Assembly (NCBI GenBank): GCA_965649055.1
Contig: CBFGJG010000028.1
Span: 1-26,937, forward strand
DNA length: 26,937 nt
DNA from: a candidate division WOR-3 bacterium
Lineage (GTDB): Bacteria > Hydrothermota > UBA3072 > B12-G15
Direction: 5' to 3'
Below are positions 1-5,793 of this stretch, one piece after another. Position numbers and translations under genes: made by a program. The notes under the pieces were generated by a model that saw only the letters and a list, made by a program, of their open reading frames with translations, searched no databases and was not told the origin of the DNA. How positions within the stretch are numbered: position 1 is the first letter of the stretch; every line of letters starts with the position of its first letter.

Positions 1-388
1 TTCCTATCCCTTCTCCCCTTGCCCTTACATAACTTGTCATAAAAGAACCAAGGAGAGTGAAAATTACAGGTATTAAAAACTTATTCCCATCAGTTGAAAG
101 TATTATACTTATCAATATAAAAAATTCCGAATATCTGTCAAGTGTGGAATCAATAAAAGCACCGAATTTTGTCTCTTTACCTTTCAACCTTGCAACACCA
201 CCATCAATCATATCAAAAATAGAACCTAAAATTAAAAAAATACCCCCTATCCTGTAAAGTCCTTTATAAATAAGGAAAGCAGAAAATAAAACTATAATAA
301 ACCCAAATGCTGTTAAAGCATTAGGTTCGAAAAATGAAAAAACATTCACAAAAGGTTTAAACATCTTTCTTATTATTTCTCTATGCAT
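1..388 (-). CDS. CDP-alcohol phosphatidyltransferase family protein (PgsA/PIP-synthase-like), 3' end runs off the window
   Basis: Manual minus-strand translation from ATG 388: MHREIIRKMFKPFVNVFSFFEPNALTAFG...IFDMIDGGVARLKGKETKFGAFIDSTLDRYSE...SFMTSYVRARGEGIG. Contains the DxxDGxxAR...GxxxDxxxD signature. Not in the ORF track because it is truncated. Confidence 0.92.
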   Translation of the reverse strand, partial: MHREIIRKMFKPFVNVFSFFEPNALTAFGFIIVLFSAFLIYKGLYRIGGIFLILGSIFDMIDGGVARLKGKETKFGAFIDSTLDRYSEFFILISIILSTDGNKFLIPVIFTLLGSFMTSYVRARGEGIG

Positions 389-396
389 ATATAAAT

Positions 397-424
397 AATT
401 TAATGAAAAGTAAAAAATAGTCAA
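397..424 (-). promoter_or_regulatory. sigma70-type promoter for the phosphatidyltransferase gene (near-leaderless)
   Basis: TTGACT (424-419), 16 nt, TAAATT (402-397), 8 nt, ATG 388; no SD. Confidence 0.55.
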
Positions 425-431
425 ATTTTTT

Positions 432-475
432 TTGATTTATTTATTTTTTATTGTATTATTATAAAAATATGGAGG
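432..475 (+). promoter_or_regulatory. sigma70-type promoter and SD for the Cys-rich protein gene
   Basis: TTGATT (432-437), 16 nt, TATTAT (454-459); GGAGG at 471-475 before ATG 480. Confidence 0.55.
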
Positions 476-479
476 TATT

Positions 480-683
480 ATGAAAGAATGCAATGTGAAT
501 AAGAATCTTAAGTTTTGTAATTGCTCATACGAGCCATGTTCAAGGAAAGGTATTTGCTGCGAATGCATAAGATATCACAGGGTAAATGGTGAACTGCCAG
601 CGTGTTTTTTTGACGAAAAGACAGAAAGAACATATGACAGAAGCATTGAAAATTTTTTAAAAAATTATAAAAATTTTGCTTGA
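480..683 (+). CDS. Small Cys-rich putative metal-binding protein (DUF6485-like)
   Basis: 67 aa with strong SD; motif [21 protein letters not shown]...LPACFF...ERTYDRS matches my recollection of the DUF6485 family. Confidence 0.8.
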   Translation: MKECNVNKNLKFCNCSYEPCSRKGICCECIRYHRVNGELPACFFDEKTERTYDRSIENFLKNYKNFA

Positions 684-708
684 CATAATTAAGAATTTCA
701 ATTATAAA
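680..708 (+). promoter_or_regulatory. sigma70-type promoter for the MBL hydrolase-upp unit (leaderless)
   Basis: Perfect TTGACA (680-685), 17 nt, TATAAA (703-708), 6 nt, ATG 715; no SD. Confidence 0.6.
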
Positions 709-714
709 TAACTT

Positions 715-1542
715 ATGATAATTACCTTCTGGGGAACAAGAGGTTCAATACCTGTTCCTGGCAAAGATACTGTAAAATATGGTGGTAATACTACATGTGT
801 TACAATTGAAATTGACGATGGTTCTTTTATAATCCTTGATGCAGGCACCGGTATAAAAAAAGTTGGTAGTTATCTATTAAAAAAGAAAATAAATGAGATA
901 AGTCTATTTTTAACTCATTCTCACTGGGACCATATTCAGGGATTTCCATTCTTCGTTCCTGCATATATAAAGGGTTTCAGGATAGATGTTTATGGCGCAT
1001 CACCTACATATGATAGATTTATGAAAATATTCTCTGGTCAAATGAAAACACTTTATTTCCCTGTTGATTTTAAAAATCTTTCATCAATTATTACTTACAA
1101 AAAGATTTTAAAGAAAGGAACGGTTATAAATAATATAAAAGTATCTGCAATGAAGACATTACATCCACTTGAAACCCATGCATTCAAATTTGAAAAGAAT
1201 GGTAAAAGATTTGTTTTTATGACTGATAATGAACTTGACATAAAAAGCCTTACTAAAGAACAATACGAAGAATTTATAAAATTTGTAAGTAATTCAGATG
1301 TATTGATACATGATGCACAGTATGCAAGGGAAGAGTATGAAAGATATGTTGGATGGGGTCATTCCACCTGGCAGAAGGTAGTTGAATTCGCAAACGAAGC
1401 AAATGTGAAGAAGGTTTATCTTACACATCATGACCCTGACAAAACAGATGAGCAACTTGATGCACTTGAGAATAAGGCAAAGGATTACTCAAAATCAAGT
1501 GAAGTATTCCTTGCAAAAGAAGGTTTTTCAATAGAAATCTAA
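715..1542 (+). CDS. MBL-fold metallo-hydrolase (RNase Z/phosphodiesterase-like subgroup)
   Basis: GTRGSIP...YGGNT, LDAGTG, THSHWDHIQG (HxHxDH), TDNE, HDAQY, WGHS and THHDP motifs. Confidence 0.92.
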   Translation: MIITFWGTRGSIPVPGKDTVKYGGNTTCVTIEIDDGSFIILDAGTGIKKVGSYLLKKKINEISLFLTHSHWDHIQGFPFFVPAYIKGFRIDVYGASPTYDRFMKIFSGQMKTLYFPVDFKNLSSIITYKKILKKGTVINNIKVSAMKTLHPLETHAFKFEKNGKRFVFMTDNELDIKSLTKEQYEEFIKFVSNSDVLIHDAQYAREEYERYVGWGHSTWQKVVEFANEANVKKVYLTHHDPDKTDEQLDALENKAKDYSKSSEVFLAKEGFSIEI

Positions 1543-1544
1543 GG

Positions 1545-2195
1545 ATGCTTTTTATTCTTGATAACCCTGTTCTAAAAACCCTACTTACCGAGTTAAGGGA
1601 CAAAAATTCAGATAAGAAGAAGATGAGAGAAAAACTTAAAGTTCTTGGATACCTTTCTACATTTGAGATATTATCGAGAGAGTTGAAATTCAAAGAGAAA
1701 ACTGTTAAAACACCTCTTTCTTTAGCAGAAGGCATAGTTCCATATTCAAAGATTTTACAGATAATAGTATTAAGGGCTGCAATCCCTTTTGCAGAAGGTG
1801 GGACAAAGTTAATTGATGAACTTGGTATAGACTGCTCAATAGGTTTTATAGATGCGAAAAGGATTCAGAAAGAAGGAACATTGAACTTTGAAGTTGAAAT
1901 AACATCTGTAAAGATACCTGCTGGTAAAGGTAGAATAACGATAATTTATGACCCAATGCTTGCAACAGGAACCACATTGATTGATGTTATAAAAAGAATA
2001 GAAAGTGAAAAGATTATAGTAAATTCCATAATTGCAGCACCATTTGGAGTAAAAAAGATTGAAAAAGAATTCCAAAATATTTCTATATACACTATTGATG
2101 TTGATAAAAAAGGTAAATTTGATGGATTAAATTCTGATGGCTATATTGTTCCAGGTTTAGGGGATTGCGGGGACAGGGCTTTAGGTGAATTCTAA
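1545..2195 (+). CDS. upp: Uracil phosphoribosyltransferase
   Basis: TELRDK, VKTPL, VLRAA, PRPP-binding IYDPMLATGTT, C-terminal GYIVPGLGDCGDRA. Confidence 0.92.
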   Translation: MLFILDNPVLKTLLTELRDKNSDKKKMREKLKVLGYLSTFEILSRELKFKEKTVKTPLSLAEGIVPYSKILQIIVLRAAIPFAEGGTKLIDELGIDCSIGFIDAKRIQKEGTLNFEVEITSVKIPAGKGRITIIYDPMLATGTTLIDVIKRIESEKIIVNSIIAAPFGVKKIEKEFQNISIYTIDVDKKGKFDGLNSDGYIVPGLGDCGDRALGEF

Positions 2196-2196
2196 A

Positions 2197-2694
2197 TTAT
2201 TTTGTTATATAATCGTAATATAACTGGAAATCCTTCTTAGAAGTAAGTCTTGTTATGTTTATTCCTGTTTTATTCTCCTTCTCCTCAAATGTTAAAGTCG
2301 AAGGTATTGTAATTGTAACAGACATAGTATCATAGGTAAAAGTAGTATCATTACCATACCATCCAATCATATCTGTGGAATCAAGTGTCTGGTTTCCGTT
2401 CGCATCAACAAGTGTTAAAACATAAAAAGTTCCAGCAGGGATAGCAATAACCTCATATGAACCATTTGAGCTGATTATCCCAAGTCCTTTTACAATTGTT
2501 GTTAATGCATTAAGACCTGATTCAGTCAATGTTGTTATACTATCCAGAAAATTAATGTTGTTTATTAAGACCACAAAACCACTTGTTGCACCTGAAACAG
2601 TCCCTTTCATTGTCCCACCGATCTGCGATTTAAACCAATCGCAGGAAGAAAAAACAACGAATAAAACAAGTGCGATAATAAGAAATTTTTTCAT
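2197..2694 (-). CDS. Putative lipoprotein of unknown function
   Basis: Start revised to ATG 2694 (AAAGGAGG 4 nt upstream; ORF track starts at 2718). Signal MKKFLIIALVLFVVFSS-C with lipobox Cys; beta-rich body; DANGNQTLDSTD resembles a Ca-binding loop. Confidence 0.75.
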   Translation of the reverse strand: MKKFLIIALVLFVVFSSCDWFKSQIGGTMKGTVSGATSGFVVLINNINFLDSITTLTESGLNALTTIVKGLGIISSNGSYEVIAIPAGTFYVLTLVDANGNQTLDSTDMIGWYGNDTTFTYDTMSVTITIPSTLTFEEKENKTGINITRLTSKKDFQLYYDYITK

Positions 2695-2704
2695 AAAACC
2701 TCCT

Positions 2705-3139
2705 TTAGATTTTATCATTATCCCTTTTTGTCAGGTACAGGATATTCCTTTGAATCTTATAGCCCATCCTCTCTGCAAGTTTCAATGAATTCTCATTATT
2801 ATCCTCAATGAGCATTGCGAATATTCTTGCACCTCTTTCCCTTAAAGCCTCCTCACAGGCAGATGTGAGCATCTTGGCAATCCCCATCCCCTGAAATGCT
2901 GGCTCAACTGCAATCCTGTTAAGCCATCCCTTTCTTCCATCCCAAGAACCTATTATAACACCTACTAATCTACCATTAACTTCCGCACCTAAAAATAAAT
3001 CGCCAAATTCTTCCATCTGTTTTTTTATAGATTCTTTAGAATCCCTGCCTTCAGGTTTATATGGAAGTTTTGCATCATCCCATATCTCTAAGATTCTTTC
3101 ATAATCTTCTATTTTTAATTCTCTAATCCTTACTACCAT
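2705..3139 (-). CDS. GNAT family N-acetyltransferase (YpeA-like)
   Basis: DGRKGWLNRIAV and acetyl-CoA motif A FQGMGIAK; N..SLKL..RMGY motif B. Confidence 0.9.
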   Translation of the reverse strand: MVVRIRELKIEDYERILEIWDDAKLPYKPEGRDSKESIKKQMEEFGDLFLGAEVNGRLVGVIIGSWDGRKGWLNRIAVEPAFQGMGIAKMLTSACEEALRERGARIFAMLIEDNNENSLKLAERMGYKIQRNILYLTKRDNDKI

Positions 3140-3145
3140 GTATAA

Positions 3146-3173
3146 ATAATATGATTAAAGGCTAATAAGTCAA
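3146..3173 (-). promoter_or_regulatory. sigma70-type promoter for the GNAT-lipoprotein unit (leaderless)
   Basis: TTGACT (3173-3168), 16 nt, TATTAT (3151-3146), 6 nt, ATG 3139; no SD. Confidence 0.65.
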
Positions 3174-3207
3174 ATAAAATTTAATAAGATTGTTAACATA
3201 ATTTTAC

Positions 3208-3293
3208 TGGGGTCAGTCATAAACTTTCAACTTTTCTTGTGTGTTAAGAAAGGTGGTAAAACAGATTTTGTCAAATGTCAAGACCTGACACCA
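3208..3293. repeat. 86-bp imperfect inverted-repeat element (MITE/REP-like)
   Basis: Ends TGGGGTCAG (3208-3216) and CTGACACCA (3285-3293) pair at 8/9 positions. Internal hairpin ACTTTTCTT (3230-3238)/AAGAAAGGT (3246-3254). Richer in GC than the flanking spacer. Confidence 0.5.
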
Positions 3294-3320
3294 TTAATAT
3301 TTAATTTTTTTAAATTTTTA

Positions 3321-3348
3321 TTGACAGAAAATTTTATCTTTTTAATAT
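3321..3348 (+). promoter_or_regulatory. sigma70-type promoter for acyP-apt (leaderless)
   Basis: TTGACA (3321-3326), 16 nt, TAATAT (3343-3348), 6 nt, ATG 3355; no SD. Confidence 0.65.
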
Positions 3349-3354
3349 ATTTCT

Positions 3355-3633
3355 ATGGATAATGTCCGTTTAAATGCAATAGTTAAAGGATATGTCCAAG
3401 GTGTTGGTTATAGATTTTTTGCAGTTAGAAAGGCCAAGGAATATGGTTTAAAAGGATGGGTTAAAAATCTGAATGATGGTAATGTCCAGGTTGTTGCAGA
3501 AGGTGAAAGGAGTATTTTGGAAGAATTTATAAAGGATTTAAAAATAGGTCCCTATAGTGCGAATGTGACAGATATAGATATTAAATGGGAAAAATACACT
3601 GGTGAGTTTAAAAATTTTGATGTGAGGTTTTAA
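3355..3633 (+). CDS. acyP: Acylphosphatase
   Basis: VKGYVQGVGYR and GWVKNLNDGNV signatures; 92 aa. Confidence 0.96.
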   Translation: MDNVRLNAIVKGYVQGVGYRFFAVRKAKEYGLKGWVKNLNDGNVQVVAEGERSILEEFIKDLKIGPYSANVTDIDIKWEKYTGEFKNFDVRF

Positions 3634-4146
3634 ATGGATTTAAAAGATTTTATCAGGGATGTTCCGGATTTCCCAAAAAAGGGAATTATTTTTAAAGATA
3701 TCACAACCCTTCTTAAAGATAAGGATGCATTCAAAGAAGCGATTGATAGGATGTGTGAACCTTTTTTGGATAAAAAAGTAGATAAGATTGTTGCTATTGA
3801 ATCAAGGGGATTTATCTTTGGTGGTGCAATGGCTTATAAAATGGGTGTTGGATTCAATATCGCAAGAAAACCCGGTAAGCTACCATGGGAGAAGATAAGG
3901 GAGACTTATGCACTTGAGTATGGAGAAGATTCATTAGAAATACACAAGGATGCAGTAAAAAAAGGTGAAAATGTCCTTCTTGTTGATGACCTTCTTGCAA
4001 CAGGCGGAACAAGTTTAGCACTTGCTAAACTTGTTGAAAAGATAGGTGGAAATGTTTCAGGAATATCATTTTTAATAGAACTTACATTTTTAAATGGAAG
4101 AGAAAAATTAAAGGATTATAATATACATACTGTTATAAAATTTTAA
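3634..4146 (+). CDS. apt: Adenine phosphoribosyltransferase
   Basis: PDFPKKGIIFKDIT, ESRGF, RKPGKLP, YALEYG, VDDLLATGGT. Confidence 0.97.
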   Translation: MDLKDFIRDVPDFPKKGIIFKDITTLLKDKDAFKEAIDRMCEPFLDKKVDKIVAIESRGFIFGGAMAYKMGVGFNIARKPGKLPWEKIRETYALEYGEDSLEIHKDAVKKGENVLLVDDLLATGGTSLALAKLVEKIGGNVSGISFLIELTFLNGREKLKDYNIHTVIKF

Positions 4147-5321
4147 GGTCTTTGTGGTAATCCGGGAAGTTCTGTACCTGTGTTTCTTAATATAAAATAT
4201 GTTGCACCACCACCAACACCTGCTGCAACTGCTGAACCTATTATAATATATAAAGGCTTCTTACTACCTTTCACCTGTTCAATATTTACCTCAAATGGAT
4301 TTCCATTATCATTCAATAAGGACCTGTTCCCATTGATATCAGTTGCTTCTATTTCGTAGTATAACCTATAAAATTTAAGTTTATCTTTGGGAACTGATAA
4401 AGAATAAGTCTCCTTATCCTCCCTCTTCATTTCATATTTAAAGATTTTACCATCCTCTGTCTTTATGTTTATTATAACATCTTTAACACCGCTCTTATCA
4501 TTAACCTTTGCTTTTATCATTAATGGTTTATTGCTCTTTGCAAATTTAACAGGTGTATGGATAATAGACGGTCCATCTGTATCACCTGCCTTTATTCCTG
4601 AAATATCGCCTTTCCTTGATATATCACCTTTCACTAAATCCTTTGTCTTTTCAATTATCTCACATACAGCACCATCTTCCTGTATAGATACAACCTTTAT
4701 CTTCCCAATAACCTCTTCATTCCTGAATATAACCCTTCCCTCTTTATTCTTCACAACATCTTTAATCCTTAATACAGTAAAAACATCTCCAACCTGTATA
4801 CCAAGATTCCTTCCAACATCAAGGACTGGTTGATTACCCAAAAATCCAACTATCTCAGGTATTACAGGAATCTTCTCTTCAATCCCTTTTACTATCTCCT
4901 GAGATATTTTTCTGAACTCATCAACATTCTTACATTTAATAGGTCCTATCTCAAACTCAATTGTTCCAAGTGTTACATCCACTATTTTAGCGCTTATCAG
5001 GAATTGTTCTTCAACCTTTGATATTGTTCCAAATATCACCTTCTCTGCTCCAAGCATTCTTCCTACTTCAACCTGGCATTCTATAGAAGTGCATCCTGAA
5101 AGCTGTATTGCCTGCTCTCGTAATATCTTATCAATCTCTGAACGTTCTATATTTATTATCCTTTTTGAATTTGTAAGTTCAGATGATAATGACATAAGGA
5201 GTGCTGTCTTTATTTCTTCTTTTACACCCACACCTTCTACCTGGAATATTGCTATCCTCTGTCTTTCAAAAGAAAAAATGGTTAATGAAAAGAAAAAAAT
5301 TAATAATAATTTTTTATTCAT
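4143..5321 (-). CDS. Exported CsgG/HfaB-like + FlgT-C-like + Ig-like domain protein with C-terminal Gly-rich hydrophobic segment
   Basis: Start revised to ATG 5321 (GGGAGG upstream; signal MNKKLLLIFFFSLTIFS). IERSEIDKILREQ...VEVGRMLGAEKVIFGTI is CsgG/TolB-N-like; LDVGRNLGIQVGDVFTV...IGKIKVVSI is FlgT-C-like; ends YIIIGSAVAAGVGGGATYFIL...LPGLPQRP. Confidence 0.75.
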   Translation of the reverse strand: MNKKLLLIFFFSLTIFSFERQRIAIFQVEGVGVKEEIKTALLMSLSSELTNSKRIINIERSEIDKILREQAIQLSGCTSIECQVEVGRMLGAEKVIFGTISKVEEQFLISAKIVDVTLGTIEFEIGPIKCKNVDEFRKISQEIVKGIEEKIPVIPEIVGFLGNQPVLDVGRNLGIQVGDVFTVLRIKDVVKNKEGRVIFRNEEVIGKIKVVSIQEDGAVCEIIEKTKDLVKGDISRKGDISGIKAGDTDGPSIIHTPVKFAKSNKPLMIKAKVNDKSGVKDVIINIKTEDGKIFKYEMKREDKETYSLSVPKDKLKFYRLYYEIEATDINGNRSLLNDNGNPFEVNIEQVKGSKKPLYIIIGSAVAAGVGGGATYFILRNTGTELPGLPQRP

Positions 5322-5793
5322 CACTTCCTCCCTTTGATTTTTCAATTATATTTTTCAACAATATCTTTCTTAATGTATCCTCAAATGCCTCTTTTTCTTT
5401 TTCATCATAACCTACTTTTTTATAAACAATTTCATCTTTATAAATGATAAAAATATTTGGTATCTCTTTAACTTCAAAACTTTTCATAACCTCATTATCC
5501 CAGTCCCATAATGGAATGTATGAAAAATTGCCTTTGTTCCATATTGTCTTAGCAGTCAAAATACTTTTCCTTGAATCTACGCATATTCCAAATAACCTAA
5601 GGTTGCTATCTTTATATTTAATATATAAACTATCAAGATAAGGCATCATCTTTACACAGGGTTTGCAATAACTTGCCCAGAAATCAAGCACCACGACATT
5701 TTCCTTTAACTCTTCCTTTATATCGTAAATCCTTTCATCAAAATCCTTCAAGGTAAAATAAGGAATAGCAAGAATAAAAAATATCATCCTCAC
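5314..5793 (-). CDS. TlpA/ResA-like thiol-disulfide oxidoreductase
   Basis: PYFTLKD...VVVLDFWASYCKPC (CxxC), cis-Pro motif EIP. Start is GTG 5793 or ATG 5787. Confidence 0.9.
   Translation of the reverse strand: MRMIFFILAIPYFTLKDFDERIYDIKEELKENVVVLDFWASYCKPCVKMMPYLDSLYIKYKDSNLRLFGICVDSRKSILTAKTIWNKGNFSYIPLWDWDNEVMKSFEVKEIPNIFIIYKDEIVYKKVGYDEKEKEAFEDTLRKILLKNIIEKSKGGSDE

Noticed and set aside
57..257. 66-aa plus-strand ORF in the track
   Set aside because: Antisense shadow of the minus-strand CDP-alcohol phosphatidyltransferase, which has clear family motifs.
3175..3320. Possible purine riboswitch or leader RNA upstream of acyP-apt
   Set aside because: The structured element lies upstream of the -35 box of a promoter predicted to start at the ATG, and I could not match a purine riboswitch consensus.
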